Shown here in pieces: positions 8,100-16,194 of a DNA stretch of 29,475 nt (within the stretch, counting starts at the first letter, position 1; the number at the start of each line of letters is the position of its first letter). This DNA is from a virus (Duplodnaviria > Heunggongvirae > Uroviricota > Caudoviricetes), in IMG/VR virus record IMGVR_UViG_2778261167_000005, positions 1 through 29,475 of that record. One strand, written 5' to 3'. Position numbers and translations under genes: made by a program. Under the pieces are notes generated by a model. It searched no databases and was not told the origin of the DNA. It saw only the letters and a program-made list of their open reading frames with translations.

Positions 8100-9020
8100 T
8101 TAAAAAGGTAAATCAATTTGCCTTTGTGGGTTGATTATTTTTTTTACCTTCACTATCTCATATGAGGTTTTTATACCTTTATCAGCAAGATACTGAGTGA
8201 TTTTTAGATCAACGAGCAAAAGGTCGCCTTTTGCAAAAGCAACTGATTGCTCATCAATCGCATTGAGGAATTTCTCATCACTGACCTCGGCTTGAAATGG
8301 GCTTGCACCATCTGAAAAATTCCATTTATGGCCTTCTCGAAATGAGATATCAAGAGGATGAAGTGCTCTTTCTGTAACGGACTCAGAAATAATAGTTTCT
8401 TCAGTGCTGTCTACTTTGAAAAAACATGCTTCACTCTTTGTAACTTCAACAAAAGTATGACCATCATCGATAGTGACTGCAAAACTATCGATCCCATCCC
8501 TCTCCAATGGTTTAGAGATTACATTCTCAAGAGCTCTGCGTATTTTTTTATTTTTATATAAATCTATGACTTGATTGTCAAAAACCTCACTTTCATCATC
8601 GATGAAAATTGTGGAGCTACCGTCAAATGTTGGCTCAATACGTTTAATTTTTTTTGGACCTAACCATTTTATTAGCTGAATCAGGCCCTTATATGACTGC
8701 TTAGTGGCTAAGTAGCCAAAACCTACCAAGCTTATGATATTGCAAGCAGCGGAAGCATTATTTCCAGAAAAAACACCTAGTATTTGACTTGTTATGGATG
8801 TTGACTGCGCTATGAGATCAATTCCAAAGGAACCCGCTTTAAATGAAGCGTTGACTTTAATTGATATACGCCTTTCTTTTCCATAGATAGTTTTTCCCGC
8901 CTCTTCTAAAGCATCGGATAGTGACAAAAGCGCCGGCGCAAGATCACGTACATCCATCTCGTGCGTGTCCAAAGCTGGGCCGTCGTAAACTATTCTGAAC
9001 TTCATATCGTCACTATCCAT
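8100..9020 (-). CDS. Uncharacterized 306-aa protein in a low-GC moron downstream of the repressor (rex/sieB-equivalent position)
   Basis: Long ORF with ATG at 9020; distinctly AT-rich compared with flanking phage genes; co-oriented with the repressor; own terminator; no motif I recognise. Confidence 0.6.
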   Translation of the reverse strand: MDSDDMKFRIVYDGPALDTHEMDVRDLAPALLSLSDALEEAGKTIYGKERRISIKVNASFKAGSFGIDLIAQSTSITSQILGVFSGNNASAACNIISLVGFGYLATKQSYKGLIQLIKWLGPKKIKRIEPTFDGSSTIFIDDESEVFDNQVIDLYKNKKIRRALENVISKPLERDGIDSFAVTIDDGHTFVEVTKSEACFFKVDSTEETIISESVTERALHPLDISFREGHKWNFSDGASPFQAEVSDEKFLNAIDEQSVAFAKGDLLLVDLKITQYLADKGIKTSYEIVKVKKIINPQRQIDLPF

Positions 9021-9135
9021 CAATGCCTATCCTGTGCATGATTATAAACCTGATCGTATATACAGTACATTTAATAAGTCATTACTTAGATGTTCTCTTA
9101 CCCACTGCTACTCTCTATGCACTGACCAGAGGTCT

Positions 9136-9519
9136 TCAATCCCCCTGCGATCTGATCCGCCCCTTCATGTACTTCTCATACAACTCATCCAACTCTTTCA
9201 GGCGAATGGCAAAGATGCGGAGCATGTTCTGTTGCTCTTCTTCCGGTAGTTGGCGGTAGAGCTCCAGCAGACGCTGTTCGTCCGGCTTGAGGCCGTCTTT
9301 CTCATCGACATCCTCACCGAGTAACCAAGGTACCGAAACGCCAGCTGCATCAGCGATGGCCAGTGCAGATTGTTTGCTAATCCTTCCTGTTTTGAACCAG
9401 CTGGATACAGCTTGCTTACTGACACCAGCAATCTTGGCCATCTCCGTTTTGGAGAAGCCTTTATTGTTCAGTTCTGTGAGTCTCGAAATAAGACCGTCTG
9501 TCAATGTGTTTTCACTCAT
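9136..9519 (-). CDS. Prophage repressor, HTH XRE-family (RacR/CI-like, no peptidase domain)
   Basis: 127 aa from ATG 9519; HTH segment KTEMAKIAGVSKQAVSSWFK; divergent from the Cro-like gene; operators in the 97-bp intergenic region. Confidence 0.75.
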   Translation of the reverse strand: MSENTLTDGLISRLTELNNKGFSKTEMAKIAGVSKQAVSSWFKTGRISKQSALAIADAAGVSVPWLLGEDVDEKDGLKPDEQRLLELYRQLPEEEQQNMLRIFAIRLKELDELYEKYMKGRIRSQGD

Positions 9520-9616
9520 CTCATGATTGTAAATGATTGCTTTACTCTCTGATAGGGATGTATTGTTTGACACGTCAGTAAAACAATGCTTTACTTCCTT
9601 CATCTAAGGAGGTCCC
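9520..9616. promoter_or_regulatory. Immunity switch region: PR promoter plus two operators (O1 9577..9595, O2 9528..9546) and a candidate PRM
   Basis: PR: TTGACA 9567..9572, 17-bp spacer, TTTACT 9590..9595, AGGAGG RBS 9607..9612. O1 AGTAAAacaatgcTTTACT; O2 TGTAAAtgattgcTTTACT. Minus-strand TACAAT lies immediately before the repressor ATG. Confidence 0.65.
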
Positions 9617-9826
9617 ATGACTGGTATTGAAAATGCAATTCTCCGATCTGGCTCGGCCAGCGCGCTTGGCGCTTTGATCGGCGTTTCAAAAATGGCTGTT
9701 TCGCTGTGGCGCCGTAAAGGAATTCCTGCCGAACGAGTGCTACCAGTGTTTGAGGCAACCGGCGTAACGCCCCACGAACTGCGCCCAGATCTCTACCCAA
9801 ATCCCACTGACGGTTTACCAAAGTAG
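9617..9826 (+). CDS. Cro-like HTH regulator (YdaS-like)
   Basis: 69 aa, strong AAGGAGG RBS; HTH LGALIGVSKMAVSLWRRKG; first gene of the rightward operon, divergent from the repressor. Confidence 0.7.
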   Translation: MTGIENAILRSGSASALGALIGVSKMAVSLWRRKGIPAERVLPVFEATGVTPHELRPDLYPNPTDGLPK

Positions 9827-9837
9827 GAGCACTAACC

Positions 9838-10377
9838 ATGCAGACACTTACTTATCAGAATGATAGCGACATTACTCAAGGGGTAATGATAAATCGCGCT
9901 CAAGCGCGCAGGGGGCCGAGCCATGAAGATATTCGTGACGCGGTTCGCTCCTGGGCTGGCGCCGATGGCCAGGACGTAGTCACGGCTCTGATCATCGAAG
10001 AGTACCTGGCGCAAGGAGGTGATGAGATCACTTTTCCTGATGATCTCTGCCGAAAACGCCAGAAGCTGTTCCGCTTTCTGGACAACCACTTCAACAGTGA
10101 ACGGTACCGCGAGAACGTTCGCCAGCTGACTCCGGCAATCCTCGCAGTTCTGCCGATTGAATACCGCAACCGTCTGCTGCCAGAAGACAACATCATGGCT
10201 CGCCTGGCACGTATGGAGAAGGAAACCAGCGAAGCGAAGATAGCTGTCGCAATGGATGCGCCGCGTCATCAGAAGCTGAAAGAGCTGAGTGAAGGGATCG
10301 TGGAGATGTACCGCGTTGACCCTGGCTTAACCGGGCCGCTGATGGAAATGGTGCAGATGATGCTGGGGGTTGTATGA
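9838..10377 (+). CDS. YdaT-like protein (Rac YdaT family)
   Basis: 179 aa; conserved-looking segments EEYLAQGGDE and LTPAILAVLP recall E. coli YdaT; sits immediately after the Cro/YdaS-like gene as in Rac. Confidence 0.55.
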   Translation: MQTLTYQNDSDITQGVMINRAQARRGPSHEDIRDAVRSWAGADGQDVVTALIIEEYLAQGGDEITFPDDLCRKRQKLFRFLDNHFNSERYRENVRQLTPAILAVLPIEYRNRLLPEDNIMARLARMEKETSEAKIAVAMDAPRHQKLKELSEGIVEMYRVDPGLTGPLMEMVQMMLGVV

Positions 10378-10541
10378 CGGGTTCAAAAATGGCGAAAGCC
10401 GTGGTGCTCGAACACCAACGGCCTTCAGGTGCAAATGTAGAGACAAATGCAAAATCAGTATGCCCACACAATCATATTTTTACCAGTGGAAGTTCTGTTC
10501 ACTGGAACGATCTCATCGCTTTCATTTATCAGGAGGACGCA

Positions 10542-11381
10542 ATGGCCGGTGACTGGATAAAAATGCGCGCCGAGCTGCATACGCATCCGAAAATTGTCCG
10601 CATGTCGTCCGCTTTGAAAGCGGACAGATTGCGCGTTGTTGGTGGACTACATTCCGCATGGTGTCTTTTTGATGTCCATTCTACCGATGGTTTTCTTCAC
10701 GGATACACACCGGAAACTCTCGACGATTTAATCGGCTTCCCTGGCTTTGCGCGAGCAATGATTGCTGTCGGATGGCTGGAAGAAGAGGGTGAAAACCTAG
10801 TAATGCCGCGGTTTGATGTGCACAACGGACAGTCCGCCAAGCGTCGAGCACAGGATGCAGACAGGAAGAAAAAATCCCGCAAAATGTCCGCTTGTGATGC
10901 GGACAAAAAGGGGACCAGAGAAGAGAAGAGAAGAGAAGATATAAAAGATCAAAACCCAGAGAGAGAACGCGCGGGAGAAAACTCTTCCGTGGAAGTCATT
11001 TCTGGCAATGGAACTTCATCACCAACCATTCAACATCAACCGGCCGCTGAAGATTTCGGTGCTGGATGCGCGTTCGGTCCACTTGGCAAATTTCCAATCA
11101 CTGACTCCTGGGCTCCATCTCCTGATTTCGTTCGTCAGGCTGCACTCTGGGGAAAAAACGTCGGTGCAGAACCGGGTTACACCGCTGAAGAACTCCAGCA
11201 GTTCCGTGATTACTGGATCCCTGATGGCAAAGTTAAACACCAGTTGGCCTGGGAACAGACGTTTGCTGACAGCCTGTTGCAATCGCGTAGTCGAATCAAA
11301 AGGGCAAACTCTGCGGGATCGCGAGATGTGAACCGCATTTCTGAGCCAGATAAAACCATCCCAACCGGATTCAGGGGGTAA
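10542..11381 (+). CDS. Phage replication initiation protein (replisome organizer N-terminus, DnaT-like C-terminal domain)
   Basis: ATG 10542 with AGGAGG RBS; alternative upstream start 10374 overlaps the ydaT-like stop (ATGA). C-terminal ...FRDYWIPDGKVKHQLAWEQTFADSLL... is DnaT-like; internal palindromic repeats. Confidence 0.6.
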   Translation: MAGDWIKMRAELHTHPKIVRMSSALKADRLRVVGGLHSAWCLFDVHSTDGFLHGYTPETLDDLIGFPGFARAMIAVGWLEEEGENLVMPRFDVHNGQSAKRRAQDADRKKKSRKMSACDADKKGTREEKRREDIKDQNPERERAGENSSVEVISGNGTSSPTIQHQPAAEDFGAGCAFGPLGKFPITDSWAPSPDFVRQAALWGKNVGAEPGYTAEELQQFRDYWIPDGKVKHQLAWEQTFADSLLQSRSRIKRANSAGSRDVNRISEPDKTIPTGFRG

Positions 11382-11383
11382 GC

Positions 11384-11722
11384 ATGCCAAGACCAAATAC
11401 ACCAGAAGAGCAGGCGGCACTTATCCGGGTGATCATCGAAGAGGTGAAAATCCGTGGACGCTTAACCGTTAGCGAAGCATCACAGATGTTGTCGCTGCAT
11501 CGTCAGACTGCTGAGAAGTATTTCCGCGTAGCAGCCGAACGCGGCGAACTCATTCGTCACGGTCGTCTTGGATTGTTCAGGGACCGGAAGGCTGTGATTG
11601 ATTTTGATCTTCAGCGTTTTTCATACAGCTCGAGTAAGTCTGCGATTGAATTACCAGCCGATTTTCGGGGAAGCGCGGTTATGCGCCGGGTTATAGATAT
11701 CTTAGGGAGAATGCCAGCATGA
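11384..11722 (+). CDS. Hypothetical protein with predicted HTH
   Basis: 112 aa, AGGGGG RBS; segment LTVSEASQMLSLHRQTAEKYF is HTH-like. Confidence 0.5.
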   Translation: MPRPNTPEEQAALIRVIIEEVKIRGRLTVSEASQMLSLHRQTAEKYFRVAAERGELIRHGRLGLFRDRKAVIDFDLQRFSYSSSKSAIELPADFRGSAVMRRVIDILGRMPA

Positions 11723-12120
11723 AACCAACATACGAACAACTTGAACAGCAGGTGCTCGAACTGTCAGTACAGCTCGCTAACTCCGAGAGCAAGTGCAGGG
11801 AGCTGGCCGGGGTAGTTGCTGATAACACTGATTTAAAATCGCTGATTGAACAACATGCAGGCTCTATCGCTGTATGTCCTAACTGCTCACACGAAGAGCC
11901 AAGCGAAACTGACGATATCGTTGCGTTATATCGCTCACTGAAAACCCCAGCCACCGACGCTTTCCTGGCTGAAGTGCGGGTGCAGGGCGTGGAGATGTTT
12001 GCTGACTTCTGCGGTGAAGAAAACTCTGTATTCGTCGAGGCCAAGGCTTACTACCGTTCACTTGCGGATGCAGTTGAAGAGTTTGCCGCACAGCTACGCC
12101 AAGGAGCCGCGCATGAGTAA
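11719..12120 (+). CDS. Hypothetical phage protein with N-terminal coiled coil
   Basis: 133 aa, GGGAGA RBS, overlapping stop/start with neighbours. Confidence 0.5.
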   Translation: MKPTYEQLEQQVLELSVQLANSESKCRELAGVVADNTDLKSLIEQHAGSIAVCPNCSHEEPSETDDIVALYRSLKTPATDAFLAEVRVQGVEMFADFCGEENSVFVEAKAYYRSLADAVEEFAAQLRQGAAHE

Positions 12121-12589
12121 CGCAGCGACTGTTTTGGATGTGTGCTGCGGCTCCCGCATGTTCTGGTTCAACAAGCAGGACACCCGCGCCGTGTTCGCTG
12201 ATATCCGAGCCGAAGAGCACGAGCTGTGCGATGGTCGCCGCCTGGTTATCAGTCCCGACCTGATTTCCGACTTCCGTGCGTTGCCATTCGCCGACGCATC
12301 GTTTCCGGTTGTGGTGTTTGATCCACCACACCTTGAACGTGTCGGCCAAACAGCCTGGATGGGTAAAAAATACGGGCGACTGAACAAAAAAACGTGGCGT
12401 TCGGACCTGCGAGCCGGATTCAAAGAAGCTTTTCGCGTGTTGTGGCCACATGGTGTGCTCATCTTCAAATGGAACGAAACACAAATACCGGTTAGCCAGA
12501 TTCTGGCGCTTACAGACGTGAAACCGGCAATTGGCCAGCGAACTGGGAAGAACGACAAAACCCACTGGATTATCTTTGTGAAGGACTAA
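12113..12589 (+). CDS. Small class-I SAM-dependent methyltransferase (motif I LDVCCGS, motif IV DPPH); putative nucleic-acid amino-methyltransferase
   Basis: 158 aa; glycine-rich SAM motif near the N-terminus and VVFDPPH; AAGGAG RBS; start overlaps the upstream stop (ATGAGTAA). Confidence 0.6.
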   Translation: MSNAATVLDVCCGSRMFWFNKQDTRAVFADIRAEEHELCDGRRLVISPDLISDFRALPFADASFPVVVFDPPHLERVGQTAWMGKKYGRLNKKTWRSDLRAGFKEAFRVLWPHGVLIFKWNETQIPVSQILALTDVKPAIGQRTGKNDKTHWIIFVKD

Positions 12590-12748
12590 CCCATGACGAC
12601 TACCTTCGTTTTTCTGTAATCCAATGTAGTCTGGATGGTGTCACAATCGCATTGCCGAACACTCAACGTGATCAATTGTATAAAAAAAGCTCAGTCTGTG
12701 ATTGTTTATGATTAAGGGCATTGACGTTTTTTTATTGACTTGTTTTTT

Positions 12749-13381
12749 TTATTTTTTCATGACTCGTTTGGCTTTGCGTTCCATGCGGTTTAATGCCGCT
12801 CTTGAGTCGATCCGGTTCAAGTCTGCCTTACTTCGGATTAGACGTTCTTTCGGGTTCCATCCATGATCTAACTCAATTCGGAGTTGTTTCCGGATATCTG
12901 CTGATAAAGCTGCAACTTTCAGCCCTAAATCTGCGTAGAGCCTCCGGCGTTTCAACATGTATGAATCCATCATATCACTACCGAACTCCGGGTTAGAGGT
13001 CATCTCACGAAGTTCTTCTCTGACTTTCAACAATTCGATATCGATTGATTGCAAACGATAGATTAAGGTTGGTTCAAGGTACTTATATTCGCCTTTAACT
13101 GTGCTCATATCGAAATCAGGCGAGGGAACTTGTACTTCGAGACGGTCCGGATAATCCGGTTCCGGTGAGCTTGCATCGAATCCCCGATCCCAGGAAACAT
13201 CTGCACACTGACTAACGAATTTATCGAGCAGGAACACAAGTTGAACACTAATGTAAGCGCGTTCCTCTTTACGCTTTCTTATGTCGAACGCAACTTCTTT
13301 GATCAGGTTGAAACAAAGTGGAAAACCGATTGCAGCAGCACCAGCTAAAAAGCCTTGCATAGCAGGACTAAGACCGAACAT
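12749..13381 (-). CDS. Uncharacterized membrane-anchored protein (N-terminal TM helix), opposite-strand moron
   Basis: ORF on the minus strand inside a plus-strand operon; N-terminal hydrophobic segment FLAGAAAIGFPLCFNLI; lower GC; start uncertain (ATG 13381, ATG 13360 or TTG 13408), no clear SD. Confidence 0.5.
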   Translation of the reverse strand: MFGLSPAMQGFLAGAAAIGFPLCFNLIKEVAFDIRKRKEERAYISVQLVFLLDKFVSQCADVSWDRGFDASSPEPDYPDRLEVQVPSPDFDMSTVKGEYKYLEPTLIYRLQSIDIELLKVREELREMTSNPEFGSDMMDSYMLKRRRLYADLGLKVAALSADIRKQLRIELDHGWNPKERLIRSKADLNRIDSRAALNRMERKAKRVMKK

Positions 13382-13685
13382 ATGTGGACACCGAAAGAGA
13401 GCGAGCAAAGGATTATAAACGTAGTGATGGGGTGATTAAAACGCGTTGAACTGGCTGTTTTGAAATGGACTTTTAAACTTTGACTAAGGTCATTAAATCA
13501 TCGCGATTTGAAGTTTAAGCGAAAATAGTTGATGAGGGGTATTGACCTTTAGTGCTCGCCGGTGACAAGCCAACTCAGGAAGAGATTAATGATGCTGTAA
13601 GGGACGCGCGAATTACCCATCCGTGGAAATTCGCCTGGCATTGATTGATGTATAATCCCTCTCAATGTATCGAGGGGGATTATAC

Positions 13686-13943
13686 ATGTCGGACTGGAAC
13701 ATCGCAGCAAAATCGAAAGAAGAGCAGGACAAGGTTAACGTCGACCTTGCTGCCTCCGGAGTTGCGTACAAAGAGCGTCTGAACATGCCAGTTATCGCCG
13801 AGCAGGTATCCCGTGAGCAGCCAGAGCACTTACGCGAATACTTCATGGAGCGCGTTCGCTACTACCGCGAGCAAAGCCTGACGCTTCCAAAAGCATCCGA
13901 TCCGCGCTATCTGGATATGGCAGCCCAGAACGAGAAGAAGTAA
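13686..13943 (+). CDS. Small hypothetical protein (possibly the cold-shock-induced YnaE/YdfK family of Rac/Qin; uncertain)
   Basis: 85 aa, ATG 13686 with GAGGGGG RBS; preceded by a palindrome overlapping a TATAAT box. Confidence 0.45.
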   Translation: MSDWNIAAKSKEEQDKVNVDLAASGVAYKERLNMPVIAEQVSREQPEHLREYFMERVRYYREQSLTLPKASDPRYLDMAAQNEKK

Positions 13944-14197
13944 TGGGATGTCTCATTGTTGGCGGCGTCAAGTTTTACACTCTGGCAGAAGGTGAGTCGT
14001 ATCCGGATCCGCATGCCGATAACCGGTATGTCGGTGCGTATGCCGTATTCCCATTCGAGGGAAAGTGGGTCGCTCAGAAGTATTTCAGGGGAGGGCACTG
14101 GAGAGATATCACCGAGCGCCGGTTCAACACCGAAAACGAGGCTTTCAACTTCACCTACGAATACGCGTTTCTCCCGGAAAACCGCTACAAATATTAG
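13943..14197 (+). CDS. Hypothetical small protein
   Basis: 84 aa; start overlaps the upstream stop (TAATG). Confidence 0.5.
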   Translation: MGCLIVGGVKFYTLAEGESYPDPHADNRYVGAYAVFPFEGKWVAQKYFRGGHWRDITERRFNTENEAFNFTYEYAFLPENRYKY

Positions 14198-14691
14198 TCG
14201 ATCGATAATACCGATCGATTTGATTAAATTGATCTATGAAATCGATTATCAAATAAGCACAGCGCAGCAACAAATTACCAACCTGACTTTCCTCGCCACG
14301 AGTGAAATATGTCCCCTGACGACATCGACACCTTTGTCATTTACCTGACGAGAGCATTCCAATCAGATATTTACAATCGACAGTTTTGACGTAGCCATCT
14401 GTTAAAAATAACGATCAATTTTTGCGCGAAAGTAGCAATAAAATTTATCTAAATCAATCGGATAAATGACCTTGCGCAAACAGGCCTTTCATGTGCATAC
14501 TTAAGCAAAACAGACAAATACTGTTTATATGTACAGTTGTTTTGGAGTATAGTTAAGATGTTGCAGTAAATAGTTTTATTTTTCTTCCAGCCAACCTATT
14601 AGGAAATTCGTGCCATTTGGTATGTTGGTTCAGTGAACGGGATTATCCCGGCTGGAAGAGTGAAATTTGTTGATAGCAAAGAGGGGGTTTT

Positions 14692-14931
14692 GTGAAGGAA
14701 AGTCAGGAGCAAGGCGATTGGTACGACATTATCAGGCGTTCTGATGGAAAGCTTATGGCCTCAATGCCACTGGATCGTCAGTATCTCGTCTATAGCAGAA
14801 ATGGCCTGGTATCATGCCGTCCATTACTGGAGGATGAAGGGGTCTTCAACCTTTCATCTGGGACTCGTTTTCTTCGCCGACTTGGCTACCGCATCACCCA
14901 ACCCTCTGATATCATAATATCAACGGATTGA
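14692..14931 (+). CDS. Hypothetical small protein (GTG start)
   Basis: 79 aa; GAGGGGG 5 nt upstream of GTG 14692. Confidence 0.45.
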   Translation: MKESQEQGDWYDIIRRSDGKLMASMPLDRQYLVYSRNGLVSCRPLLEDEGVFNLSSGTRFLRRLGYRITQPSDIIISTD

Positions 14932-14966
14932 GCACCCGTTAACCTGATGCGCCACGGAGAGAAACC

Positions 14967-15566
14967 ATGGCGCACGAACTACAACTAATCAAGCAGTCTT
15001 CAGGAATCCTGATCCCCGCTACGCCGGAGACCAGTGATTTACTGCAATCAAAATTCAAACTCGGCGCCGTGCTGGTGGCCGAGTTCCGGCAGGTACGCAA
15101 TCCTGCCTTTCACCGTCGCTTCTTCGCGTTACTCAATCTCGGTTTCGAATACTGGGAACCCACCGGCGGGGCGATCTCATCCAACGAGCGCAAACTGGTA
15201 ACCGGCTACGCCAAATTTCTTGCCTCATTCGCGGGAAGCGAAGCCGCGCTCCTGGATGCTGCCGAACAATATCTCGACCGTATCGCCGATAAGCGAGCCG
15301 GTAGCATCAGCATCTGCAAATCCTATGACGCATACCGTGCGTGGGTGATCGTCGAGTCTGGCCACTACGACGCTATCCAGCTTCCTGACGGAACCCTTCG
15401 CAAACATCCCCGCAGTATTGCTTTTGCCAATATGGACGAAGCTGAGTTCCAGCAGCTGTACAAAGCCGCGTTGGATGTCCTCTGGCGCTGGATATTGTCC
15501 TGCACGTTCCGCACGCAGCAGGAGGCCGAGAACGCCGCCGCCCAACTGATGAGCTTCGGGGGATGA
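14967..15566 (+). CDS. Phage protein, probably DUF1367 family (nin region)
   Basis: 199 aa, GGAGA RBS; family recalled from lambdoid prophage annotations, not verified. Confidence 0.5.
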   Translation: MAHELQLIKQSSGILIPATPETSDLLQSKFKLGAVLVAEFRQVRNPAFHRRFFALLNLGFEYWEPTGGAISSNERKLVTGYAKFLASFAGSEAALLDAAEQYLDRIADKRAGSISICKSYDAYRAWVIVESGHYDAIQLPDGTLRKHPRSIAFANMDEAEFQQLYKAALDVLWRWILSCTFRTQQEAENAAAQLMSFGG

Positions 15567-15772
15567 TGCCGATGAAATACTCATATTTCCATCATCACGA
15601 ATGCACCACCGAACAGGCCGACGAGCTGGTGGCCAACTACCGGCGCCGCGGCGTAAAAGTCGAGCGTAGCCTGAATCGCGACAACATCACCTGGACCGTC
15701 AGCGCGCAGCTGCCGGAAGGCGACAAAGCGCCGCGCCCGAGCCGTGTATGGCAAAGCAAGGCGTGGGGGTGA
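15563..15772 (+). CDS. Hypothetical small protein
   Basis: 69 aa; start overlaps the upstream stop. Confidence 0.45.
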   Translation: MMPMKYSYFHHHECTTEQADELVANYRRRGVKVERSLNRDNITWTVSAQLPEGDKAPRPSRVWQSKAWG

Positions 15773-15774
15773 GC

Positions 15775-16194
15775 ATGGCTAAATCAGCGAAATGCCTGTT
15801 CTGCGGCAAACCTGCAACCCTGCTCTGTGATGGGATCATAGGCTGGGATGCTGATGAGGACGAGAACCATCACCTTAGCAATGCCCGAGGGATCTTCACC
15901 TGCGACGCGCCGATGTGCGCTGAGTGCGGGACATGGCACGGAAATATCTTCTTCTCAGGAAAAACCGGGGGAATGGAAACCCGCGATTATTGCCCGCTTT
16001 GTCAGGCGCTGCATGTAAATGGTGACGTCATACGGGAAGACAAAAACCGGAAGGGAAAAGCCATTCGCGAGCCAGCCCTACAGGAAGAACAGGCTGCCAT
16101 CATCCGGAAAGCCCACTGGAACAGCCGCCTGAATGCGCATCGCCACGAAGTGCACATCATCCAGGGAGGTGGACAACAATGCCTGCCATTCTGA
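15775..16194 (+). CDS. Cys-rich zinc-finger protein (multiple CxxC pairs)
   Basis: MAKSAKCLFCGKPATLLCDG...CDAPMCAECG...CPLCQ; ATG 15775. Confidence 0.5.
   Translation: MAKSAKCLFCGKPATLLCDGIIGWDADEDENHHLSNARGIFTCDAPMCAECGTWHGNIFFSGKTGGMETRDYCPLCQALHVNGDVIREDKNRKGKAIREPALQEEQAAIIRKAHWNSRLNAHRHEVHIIQGGGQQCLPF

Noticed and set aside
9136-9603. Extended 155-aa form of the repressor starting at ATG 9603
   Set aside because: That start would overlap the Cro-like gene's RBS and remove the divergent promoter/operator space; the internal ATG at 9519 gives a typical 127-aa HTH repressor.
10374-10541. Upstream start for the replication gene (MTGSKMAKAV...), coupled to the ydaT-like stop
   Set aside because: It remains possible, but the ATG at 10542 has a much stronger RBS (AGGAGG) and the extension has no recognisable features.
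14584-14658. Possible tRNA (75-nt element with 7-bp terminal pairing)
   Set aside because: No T-loop (GTTCRANYC-like) or D-arm can be placed on either strand; more likely a regulatory structure.
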